From positions 14,322,001 to 14,386,000 of the forward strand of contig NC_082734.1 in assembly GCF_030144855.1 (NCBI RefSeq): a stretch of DNA of 64,000 bases, given 5' to 3'. The position numbers and the translations under genes were made by a program. Below are positions 25,879 through 36,607 of the stretch, piece after piece. The stretch comes from Hypanus sabinus. Lineage: Eukaryota. The notes under the pieces were generated by a model. The model had not been told where the DNA came from. It did no database searches and worked only from the letters and a program-made list of their open reading frames with translations. How positions within the stretch are numbered: position 1 is the first letter of the stretch; every line of letters begins with the position of its first letter.

Positions 25879-25894
25879 TTTTATTGACTGGAAG
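25879..25894 (+). promoter_or_regulatory. Non-tRNA primer-binding site complementary to own LTR (25815-25830)
   Basis: ttttattgactggaag, 1 nt after the LTR end, is the exact reverse complement of cttccagtcaataaaa; there is no TGG tRNA-CCA match. Confidence 0.8.
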
Positions 25895-25903
25895 TTTTAA
25901 AAC

Positions 25904-28900
25904 ATGGAACCCGTTTTGCGTCCGGACCGGTTGGATTTGGACCCTCAAGACCCTGACGCAGCTCTCGCTTTTGAACACTGGCTTGCATGCTTCCAATCGT
26001 ACTTGGCGGAGCTTCGTGCGACTGAACCCGCCGTTATGCACAGAATCCTACTCTCGAGGGTCTCCTCCAAAGTTTACTCCTTTATCCGGGACCTGCCGAC
26101 CTACGAAGGGGCACTGGACGCCCTCAAACGACAGTACCTGCGGCCGGTGAACACCGTCTACGCAAGACATCGCTTAGCTACCCGGCAACAGCGGCCTGGC
26201 GAATCGTGCGCTGAGTTTCTCCGAGCACTACAGACACTCGTCTGAGCTTGTGACTGCAAGACGTTCACGGCAGAACAGCATGCGGAGCTGCTGGTGCGAG
26301 ACGCCTTTGTGACGGGACTGAGGTCAGTGTACATGCGCCAGCGGCTGCTGGAGAACTCGGATCTTACCTTAAGCTCGGCGATAGAGAAGGCCAACGCTCT
26401 AGAAGCTGCGCGGCATAACGCCGACGCTGTCCAGTCGCGCGATTCCCCGCCGGTTTCGTGGACGCCTCAGACCCCGCCACCGCCAGCTCCCGGGAGCGAA
26501 TTCGCCAACGCCGCCGCCAGTCGCGATTCCACGAGCTCCCCGACCCAGACCACGGCGGCAGCCCGTCAGAAGCCTGTGCTTTGTTATTTCTGTGGCCAAA
26601 AGAAACATCCTCGACAACGCTGTCCAGCGCGAGAAGCGACCTGCTCCAGCTGCGGAAAGCGGGGCCACTTCGCCAAGGTCTGTAAGTCTCAACCTCGAGC
26701 GGAGTGCAGCGCTGCGGGTGAAACGTGGGGGCCGCCATCTTGCATGCCGGGATGTGGGCGGCCATCTTTGTCGACGTCAGCACGCCCCGCCCCCGATCCT
26801 CGGATGCTGACCGGGTACCCCGGATGTGAGCGGCCATCTTTGTCGGCGTCAGCATGCCCCGCCCCCGACCCTCCGATGCTGACCGGGTACCCCGACGGCG
26901 ATCCAACTCTGGCCACTGTGACTCTCGACCAAAGCGCCCCACACCAGCTTGCAAGGTCCATGATGGACATCCAGGTGGAGGGGCACTGGACTGGATGGCT
27001 GTTTGACACGGGCAGCACTGGGAGTTTTATTCACCCGGACACAGTGCAACGCTGCGGACTTGCAACACGGCCGGTCAGTCGGAGGTTCCATTTGGCCTCT
27101 GGGTCGCAGTCCGCAGACATCCGGGCGGGTTGTGTAGCGACTTTGGTGGTGCAAGGCACAGTATATCGGGACTTTGAACTGCTGGTCATGCCTAATCTGT
27201 GTGCACCTGTGCTATTGGGGCTGGACTTCCAGAGCCATCTCGAAAGTGTGACTATGGTATACGACGGGCCCCTCCCACCACTCACTGTCAAGAATCCTCA
27301 GTTTTGTGGGACTTCTTCACATACCCCGCTACTGACCACACACACACACGGACACACACATCCCATCCAGAACCAGGCCAACAGCTGCGCTACCGACACT
27401 TGCAGCCTCTCCACTCTCAAGATCCCTCCCCCACCGCTGTTCGCCAACCTGACCCCCGACTGTAAACCTGTGGCAACCAAAAGCAGGAGGTACAGCGCGG
27501 GGGACCGGGCCTTCATTCGGTCGGAGGTGCAGCGGCTGCTCAGGGAGGGGATCATTGAGCCGAGCACAAGCCCTTGGAGGGCCCAGGTGGTTGTTGTTCG
27601 GACTGGGCAGAAAAATAGGATGGTGGTGGACTATAGTCAAACCATCAATAGGTTTACGCAGCTTGACGCATACCCCCTACCCCGCATCGCGGATATGGTC
27701 AACCAGATTGCTCAGTATAAGGTGTACTCGACAATAGATCTGAAATCCGCTTATCACCAGCTCCCCATCTGCCCAGAGGACCGCCCCTACACCGCCTTCG
27801 AGGCGGGCGGCCGGCTCTATCACTTCCTGCGCGTCCCTTTCGGTGTCACGAATGGTGTCTCTGTCTTCCAGAGGGAAATGGACCGGATGGTGGACCAGTA
27901 CCAACTGCAGGCCACATTTCCCTATCTGGATAACATCACCATCTGTGGTCATGACAGGCCAGATCACGACGCCAACCTCCAACGGTTTCTCCAAGTGGCC
28001 GCAGCTCTGAACCTTACTTATAACAGGGACAAGTGTGTTTTTGGTACCACCCGCCTTGCTATACTTGGGTATGTCGTGGAAAACGGGGTTATTGGGCCTG
28101 ATCCCGAACGTATGCTGTTAGAGCTCCCTCTTCCCACCACTCTCAAGGCCCTCAGACGGTGCCTGGGGTTTTTTTCCTATTACGCCCAATGGGTCCCCCA
28201 TTACGCAGACAAGGCTCGCCCCCTGGTCAAGTCTACCTCGTTTCCCCTCTCTGCTGAGGCCTGCGCGGCCTTCAACTGCATTAAAGCGGACATTGCCAAA
28301 GCTACGATGCATGCAGTGGACGAGACCGCTCCCTTCCAAGTGGAGTGTGATGCCTCCGATTTCGCTCTGGCTGCTACCCTTAATCAGGAAGGCAGACCAG
28401 TAGCATTCTTTTCTCGCACCCTCCAAGGCTCTGAAATTCGGCACTCCGCGGTGGAGAAAGAAGCCCAGGCCATAGTGGAGGCTGTTAGGCACTGGAGGCA
28501 CTATCTTGCTGGCAAAAGATTCACTGTGCTGACCGACCAGCGCTCGGTTGCGTTCCTGTTCAGCAACCAACAGCGGGGCAAGATCAAAAATGATAAGATT
28601 TTGCGGTGGAGGATAGAACTCTCCACCTACACCTATGATATCCTGTACCGGCCTGGCAGACTCAATGAGCCCCCTGATGCCCTATCCCGGGGAACATGTG
28701 CTAGCACACAGCTCGACCAGCTGTACGCCCTTCATGCACAACTTTGCCATCCGGGGGTCACCCGATTTTACCATTTTGTGAAAGCTCGGAACCTGCCGTA
28801 CTCCCTGGAGGACATCAGGACGATGACCAGGGACTGCCAAATTTGTGCCGAGTGCAAACCGCACTTCTACTGTCCTGACACGGCACAACTTGTCAAGGCC

Positions 28901-29877
28901 ACCCGCCCTTTTGAACGCCTGAGTGTTGACTTTAAGGGCCCCCTTCCCTCCACTGACCGCAATGTCTATTTTCTCAGTGTTATTGACGAGTTCTCACGGT
29001 TCCCCTTTGCCATCCCCTGCCCCGACACCTCTGCCACGTCCGTCATAAAAGCCCTGCGCCAGCTCTTCACTCTGTTCGGGTATCCCTGCTATATCCACAG
29101 TAATAGAGGGTCCTCCTTTATGAGTGAAGAGCTGCGCCAGTACTTGCTAGCTAGGGGCATTGCTACCAGTCGGACCACGAGTTATAATCCCCGGGGTAAT
29201 GGCCAGGTAGAGCGGGAGAATGCCACAGTGTGGAAGGCCACACTTTTAGCCCTCAAGTCCAAAGGGTTGCCGGTCTCTCGATGGCAGGAGGTCCTCCCTG
29301 AGGCACTGCACTCTATCCGCTCTCTGTTATGTACGTCCACCAATGCCACCCCTCACGAACGCCTATTCTCTTTTCCCAGGAAGTCTGTCACTGGGACCAC
29401 CCTACCAGTTTGGCTGACGTCCCCGGGGCCAGTGCTGCTCCGGAAAATGTGAGGAGCAATAAATACTCCCCGCTGGTGGAGAGGGTTCACCTTCTCCATG
29501 CGAACCCCCAGTATGCTTACGTGGTCTTACCTGATGGGCGGGAGGACACGGTCTCCATCCGCGACCTGGCACCCGCAGGTGCAGCAGACCACTACCCTGA
29601 AGGCTCTCCGGTAACTGTGAACCCTGCACCAGAGGTGACACCGTACTCACCAGGCCCTACACAGACTCCTCACGACACTTGTATACCGGGCGTTTCGTAC
29701 GCATTTATACCAGGCGCCTCGCACATGCATGAGGGATCACCGGCGCCTAGTGGGCAAGAACACGCGCAACCCCCGTCCCCTGTGCAATCGCCAATGTTGC
29801 CGGCACCTATGCGGTCACAGCCGGTGCTACGTAGATCGCAGCGACAGATTCGACCGCCTGATCGGCTTGACTTGTAA
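25904..29877 (+). pseudogene. Gag-pol single ORF of the Gypsy element, disrupted
   Basis: Two CX2CX4HX4C knuckles, protease FDTGS, RT (IDLKSAYHQ, PFGVTN, YLDN), RNase H (ECDASD, EKEAQAI, TDQRS), integrase HHCC and D-(N)-E. Lesions: in-frame TGA at 26243-26245, probable 1-nt deletion near 29447 (reading resumes in ORF 29329-29877), integrase HSDRG>HSNRG. Confidence 0.93.
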
Positions 29878-29908
29878 GAACCTTCGCTACATGAGGACTT
29901 TTTCAAAC

Positions 29909-29922
29909 GAAGGGGGGGTGAA
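29909..29922 (+). promoter_or_regulatory. Polypurine tract
   Basis: gaagggggggtgaa immediately 5' of the 3' LTR. Confidence 0.9.
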
Positions 29923-30134
29923 TGTGGTGAACTATGTGCCTGTCGGGACACGCCCCTGCTGACTGCTCCTGTGGCTCCTCCCACAGGCCCCTGTATAAAG
30001 GAGACCTGCGGCCTGAAGATCGGCCTCAGTCTCCAGGACCTTGTATGATAGACACTCACTCCTGGTTCCTTCTTCCAGTCAATAAAAGCCGATATCTCGC
30101 CTACGTCTCAGAGTGAGTTATTGATGGTGCATCA
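29923..30134 (+). repeat. 3' LTR
   Basis: 212 bp, 211/212 identical to the 5' LTR. Confidence 0.97.
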
Positions 30135-30860
30135 ACATTAAATTACATAAACTTCTCTGGAATTCACTATCACTGACGGTGGTAGAGGCCAAATACTGTA
30201 GATTCCAGGTGCAGATAGATATATATTTGAAAGATTAAAAATTGAAGGCTATTGATTAGCACAGTTGTTGCAAAGTACTGCTGTCATTTCACAACATATG
30301 CCATGTGATATTAAACCTGATTCTGATTCCAAAGAGTAGTTGAGACCAGCACAGATCATGTCCGCTGGAGGTTGGTGGCCAAAGATGGCCTGTGCTGGGG
30401 TTAGAGGTCTCTGTGTGTGTTGGTGGGTAGGCCGGAGAAAGGGGCTTGTTTTGCTGTTATTACCTTGCAGCTTGTTGTGCTCTGTGTTGTTCTGCTGAAC
30501 ATGGAGTGCATGCAATGCTGGCACCGGAATGTATGGCGACACTTAGCACACCCTTGAATGTGTTGTTGGCACAAGCAACTTATTTCAATGCATGTTTCGA
30601 TGTACACGTGATAAATAAATCTGAATCTGAACTTGATACTGAGATCAGCTGTGATTGACTTGAATGTTGGGACATGTTCAAGGGGCCTGAAGGCCTCTTC
30701 CTGTTCCTGCATTCTTGTATTGTGATTTAAAATCTACATGTGGAGTTTATCATGTACAGTACTGTGAAATGGGCCTGAAATTCTTGGTGTTTCCCTGTAG
30801 CTGAGTAATGAAAGCTCCCTGTGCCTAGAAATTTGATTGCACCTTTTTGTTTGGTGCTTG

Positions 30861-31077
30861 TACTGGTGTCTCCCACTTTATGAATGTTCGCTTTACGCCA
30901 CTTTGCTTTTACAAAAGACCTGCATTAGTAACCTGTTTTCGCATTACAAATTGGATTTACGCTCTTACGAAAAATTTTCCCATATAAATTAATGGTTCTT
31001 CGCTTTACGCCATTTCGGCTTAAGAAAGGTTTCATAGGAACGTTCTACCTTTGTAAAGGGGGGGGGAGACACCTATA
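30861..31077. mobile_element. Tigger/pogo-type MITE
   Basis: TA-flanked imperfect TIRs (ctggtgtctccc...ggggagacacct) and internal repeated ttcgctttacgcca. Confidence 0.6.
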
Positions 31078-31967
31078 CTGTATTGGATTTCCCAAAAAAA
31101 TACTGATATTGGTTAGAAAACACTGCTTCTTGGGTATAAATCACAGCTTAAACCCAGCTACATTTCTGACCACAAACTTTCAGAAAGTATGTCTAGACCT
31201 ACGAAAGAGTGAAATAGAAATTTGCCACAGGGAGATAAGACCTCAATTACCTGCAGAGACGGGAAAAGGTAGGATCCTTTTTCTCAGAGCAGAACATTTT
31301 ATGTTCAAGTTTATTGTCATGGGCATATACACACAAGGCATAAATGCCAAGAAAATGTGTTTTTTTTGCAGCAGCAGCAGCAGCACAGTAACTGGGATTG
31401 TTCTAGCATCCCAAATGTTATTCACTCCTAGACATGTCTTTAATTTTTAATGACTTTGTTTCCTTTGCTGTTTGAGCTTTGCTTGCTATTGCCAGCAACA
31501 GTTGCCATGCCAACCTTCCTTTTCACAAAGGCAAGTAGTCTATATTTGATTGGCTTCCGTCTGTGACAGGAGAGTTAAACTGTGAAATGCGATTGGTTGG
31601 GTCATTAACACAGGGTAAAGTGCACTGTGGTTTAAATTTCACAGCTTGAAGAATGTTTACACAGCCAACACTTCTGTCTAAAAGTGAGAAGGCTGTGAGG
31701 AAAACACACGGGGGAGGTACATCACCAATGGATGCTGATAAAGTCTGAAGATGGGATGGGTTTGAACTAGTTTTGTGCAGACATTAAAACAACCTATTTT
31801 GACCAATGCTCAAATGAAATTTCTTCTGCTTATAAAGTCTGACCATAAAACAGCAGCCGAGATTTGTTTCTCTTAATGACAGCTGCCCGGGGAGTGGATT
31901 ATTTTTCCAAGAAGAAGAGGTATGGGTTACCTGCAGCCTCTTTCTCCCCATAAATCTGTTCACCACC

Positions 31968-32160
31968 TGATGCACCATCAATAACTATTGGAGATGGGAG
32001 GTGAACGATAGGCTTTAATTAGCAGCTAAAGGGAGCACGGCATCTCGGAGACTGAGGGAGGAGCAGTGCCTCCAATTGCCTTTTTACAGGGGTCTGTGAG
32101 AGGAACCACAGGAGCAGTCAGCAGGGGGCGTGTCCAGACAGGTATACATAGTTTACCATA
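31968..32160 (-). mobile_element. Solo LTR (subfamily B), TSD CCACC
   Basis: 193-bp LTR homolog; CCACC at 31963-31967 and 32161-32165; terminal TG mutated to TA. Confidence 0.93.
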
Positions 32161-32358
32161 CCACCCTTGGCACTTTGTGTAACCTCAGGGCAGATCTTTG
32201 TGCTTTTTGTCAATAGTACTGATCAGAATCAGAAGTGGGAACAGACGACCAAGTGTGCACTGTCAATCATGGAAGTTGTGGATTCAATGCACTCCCTCTG
32301 TCAGTCCATACTCTCACCAGGTATAGCTAGTTCAGGAACCCATGATGAGGCCTCTGTC

Positions 32359-32890
32359 AGTCAGGGTCGACTGTGGATATCGCGTCCTAGCTGTCTAGAT
32401 ACACAAGCCTGGGCAGTACAATATGGAGAGCAAGCTGTTGCCCATGTAGCAAGGTCCCCCTCTCCATGCATCTGATGAACCCAAAGGAACAGTAGAGACT
32501 GTTTAGCACCAGCAGTGTCGCAGGAGTTGCCAGTCAGCATTGAACTGAACATAGGACTGCCTTAGGGACTCCAGCTCTGGATTTTACTCTCAAGGTTTAC
32601 TCCCAAAGCCTTCCCCACAAGGCAGCAGAGGTTTGAGATCAGAGTTTTCCTTCTCATAGGTGAGCTGCCAACCATGGCTGAGGAGCAACTGGTTTTAAGG
32701 TACCAGTAACTCCTTCTCCTGTTAGTAGATACGGTTCTGCCAGGCTGAGTAGCTAAACCACACGTGAAGGCCAGGAGCTAGATTTGGTTGTCAGAGGCTA
32801 TTGAGATGCACACCATTGGGAGCATTCAATAGGTAGTGGGAGCTTATCCCCATTACCACCTCAGACTGTAACAACTTTAAGGAACCAGTA
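32359..32890 (-). mobile_element. RTE-related non-autonomous element
   Basis: Shares the ggagtaaacc..ggagtcccta(a)ggcag motif with the insert at 45121-45962. Confidence 0.55.
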
Positions 32891-33908
32891 CCCCTTTGAT
32901 TTCAGTGGAGATTGTAGTTCAAAGGATGAGGAGGCAAAGGGGAAGGTGAATTATTTATTTAGTTCCCTACACCTTACACTACTTCATCCCCATATGCACA
33001 TCAACACCATCTTGATTCCATTTGCCTTTTACCTACTGTGGTAACTTCTACTTTACAAAAGGACCACTCGACAATGTTATGGCCGAAGAACATCTTTATC
33101 TGGGACAGCAAATAATATTTACAATACAGAGGCTTCCAGGTACCTCGTGCAGCATGGGTGGTGGAACTATATACAATGCATATCGGAAGTAAACCACCCC
33201 CCCCCCCCCAGCCAACCCCGGAACCAACTTCTTGTTACCGACAGCTTCCAATTAGTATTAACTTGCTTTTAATAATACTCACATTACAACACCTACAATA
33301 AGGAGTAATTTACAGTGGCCAGTTAAACTACCAACACTTCTTTGGGACATGGAAGGAAATCAGAGCAGTCAGACACCTGCACAGACACAAAAGGCACATG
33401 AAAACTCCACAGAGAAAAAGCCAGAGGTCAAGATCAAACTTGGGTCCTTAGGGACAACAGCACTAGCTGAACAAGAGCACCTCAGGGTGGATAATTACAA
33501 GACACCTTCAAGGAGTAGTGCCTTGGGAAGGAGGTGCTCACCACCCAGGACATGTCCCCTTCACACTGTTACTGTCAGAAAAGAGATACGGCAGCCTGCA
33601 GGCACAAACTCAGCCATCCCATTTCCAAATGCACATTGAACCCAAGGTCACTATGTCACTACTTTTTTGTATTTTTGCACTACTTATTTTAACTTAACTA
33701 TTTAATAGACATATATATACTTAATGTAACACTGTTCTTTTTCTCTATAATTTTCATGTATTTCATTGTGCTGCTTTGTAAAAGTTAACAAATTTCACGA
33801 CATATGCTGGTGATATTATTTAAATGCTAACAGTGTCCACATGCCAAGACAGACTCAGAGGTGACGTGGCTTTTCCTGTAATGCTGGGCTTTTGATTTCC
33901 CATTTCAG

Positions 33909-34075
33909 ATCGCTGATGGAGCGTTTGATGGAGTGACCACTGGGCTGCAGAGCCTCTACCTGGGGAACAACAAGCTGAGCTATATCCCCAGCTTGGAAAA
34001 TTTCAGAAGCCTGCACACCATCGACCTGTCCAACAATCCTTGGCACTGTGACTGCCCGCTCCTCCACCTCCACAG
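33909..34075 (+). CDS. CHADL: Chondroadherin-like protein, coding exon 3
   Basis: Acceptor tttcccatttcag|ATC; IADGAFDGVTTGLQSLYLGNNKLSYIPSLENFRSLHTIDLSNNPWHCDCPLLHLH; 167 nt; phase-2 donor AG|GTAAC. Confidence 0.92.
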
Positions 34076-35837
34076 GTAACCTGTCTGTGACTTCTATTAG
34101 TTATGTTTTGCTCCTTAGAATGCTGCCAAGCAGCCTGATGCACTAAAAATTCAACAAATTAAGTTTTCATTTTTCCAACGGCTCTAAATTTGAAGGATTC
34201 TTTTGAGGGGTCAGAGCAAAGATGGGAGTTTCAGGAGCTGGTAGGTGATGAGATGGGGAATAATCTTAAAACAAGAATCATACAAGGGTAACAGTGGTCT
34301 GGAATCCCTCGTCATGAAACTAGTGATACTGATAATCAAGTGAATCTTTTATAAATGGATCTAATGGCTTTTTATTAGGAAAAGATACTACGATTTTGAA
34401 ATCAATGTGAATAATTGGGGTTAAGCTAACACTATTTATTCAGGGGTTCTCATACCTGCTGTCCTTGTCCTCGCTGGTGGCTTGGGAGGCCCTGTCCGTG
34501 TAAGTGACTGACCGCAGAGAATTTTGCAGGTGGCACACACTATGGTGTGTTGTGAACTAGGAAACACTTCCATGAGCAAAGGCTGGAGGAACTTTGTAAA
34601 CCTTTTCTTCAAATGATAATTGATATAGTTGATTTTAGATCAGAAGTTGTTTAGACTTTGAAAGCAAAGGGTATTCAAGGTCCTGAGGGGTTTAGAGTTA
34701 GGTTTCAGATCTAGGGCAGCAAAATGGCACAGCAAGAAGGGCCGCTGCCTCTTGGCACAGAGGAATACAATCCTCTCCTTGGGTACCGTCTATGTGGAGC
34801 TCTCCCCGTGACTATATGGGTTGTCCTGGGTGCTTCGGTTTCTTCCCACATCCCAAAGATGTGCAGGTTGTTAGTTGGCCATTCTAACCTGCTGCTAGCT
34901 CCAGCAAGGTGAATTGGCGATAATCTTAAAATTCTCTGCAAGGCATGGTAATTTTGAGCAGCAATTATTGTTGATTAATGAATTAGTAACAACCATTAGG
35001 GACTTCTTTCAGGAAAAAGGATAAATCCTACTGCATAGGTACATGTATTCCTTATTTAGTTATTCTAAATGTATTACAAAGGCAGATTGAAATGAAAACA
35101 TTTCAGAAAATCTGTTCAAAAATTAATAATATTAATCTTTTAAAAAACAATTGAAAAATAACATTATTTCTAAATAGAATTGCTATTTGTAACCACTTAT
35201 TATACAAATGCTAGGTCTACATGTCAATGTTCTCACAAGCGTCTAGCCGACATTTCCTGTGAAAACATCTCATTGCTCTCCACTTGTAATAAAACAATTG
35301 CTGCTTTATTTGGCAGTAAAGATAATCACTACGTATCTTTTTATTATAGGTGGGGTTCAAAGAATTGATGAGTGGCACTGCAAGCCGCAGATCAACAAAA
35401 TTTTTGCATGTACCATCCTGGGTACAGATGCCATAGGTTCGCCACCCCTATTGTAATGTGTGAGTGAGTGGGGATAGATGATGAGGATGTGGGGAATAAA
35501 AAGGCATTAATATAGGATTAGGTTGTCGGTTGTTGGCACAGACTTAAAGGGCTGAAGATATAGCCTCACTTGACTCAACTTTGATTTCAATGAAAGTCAG
35601 AAAAGGGTTAGGGCAAGATGGCTGCCTTTTTCTACGTTACTGTTTCTATGTTAGAGAGCAGCGACGAGCCAAAATCCCCTTCCAAACCCTGTTATTACCA
35701 TAAAGGAGTTTGTACTCATTGAGGAAGTTGCAGAAAGGATAGATAGGGGGCTCTTTAATACCACAGCTGGTTCCTGCATCTATTCCTGTGAACGAGGTTT
35801 ATATCCAAACCAAACTGATGACACGGTATAAGCGAAT

Positions 35838-36100
35838 GGGTAGCACGGTAGTGTAGTGGTTAGCACAACGCTTTACAATACAAGCGACCCAAGTTCAATT
35901 CCCGTTACTGCCTGTTAGGAGTTTGTACATTCTCCCCAAGACCATGTGGGTTTCCTCCAGATGCTCCAGTTTCCTCCCATAGTCCAAAGACATGCTATAA
36001 ATTGTGCCATGATTAAGACAGGATTAAATCAGGAGATTGCTGGGCAGCTCGAAGTGCCAGAAGGGCCAATACCACACTGTAATAAATAATAAATAAATAA
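35838..36100 (+). mobile_element. V-SINE (HE1-like), near full length
   Basis: tRNA head (gtagtgtagtggttagc, gttcaattcc), V domain, (AAAT)n tail; further copies ~11350-11530, ~21600-21780, ~34720-34890, ~54760-54930. Confidence 0.8.
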
Positions 36101-36607
36101 ACAAATAGATAAGTAGATCGATTGATAGATGAATAAATAAAAATAACAAACGGATAGATAAAATTGGTTTAGACCATATCAACACAATTTATTTAATTTA
36201 GGAGGCCATTTGGCCTATCAGATCAATGCTTTCTCCCAACAGAGCAAGCCCTTGAGTCATATTATTACCTTCTCCCCCTCTGTTTCTTGTAGCCCTCAAC
36301 TCATTCTCGCTCACATCTCCATCAGCTCCCTGGTGACTGTCTCCTTCTCACCACAAGCAGCCAGTTAACCCCCCCCAGCATGTCTCTGGATCTCCATTGG
36401 ATGGAATCACCAGACATAAAAGGCCTGTAATTTGGCCTAATTGGAATCTAATGAGCAGCCTCACTCAGAGAAGCTGCAATAACTATAATGAGTGCAAGGA
36501 AAGAGTGCCCCACAGTGACAGGGGAATTATTTTCTCTGTCCTTGTTGGCTGTGTTTCTGATCACTGATCTCTATACAGGGCCATTTAGAATTATTTGCTT
36601 ATTAATA

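Larger units (their letters stand above)
25666..30134 (+). mobile_element. Near full-length Ty3/Gypsy LTR retrotransposon (Mag-like), 5-bp TSD ACATT
   Basis: TG..CA 212-bp LTRs (1 mismatch), TSD ACATT at 25661-25665 and 30135-30139, PPT before the 3' LTR, domain order gag-PR-RT-RH-IN. Confidence 0.98.

Noticed and set aside
26364-28888. Antisense ORFs within the Gypsy element
   Set aside because: Shadow ORFs of GC-rich gag-pol coding sequence; no recognisable domains, and no env-like ORF
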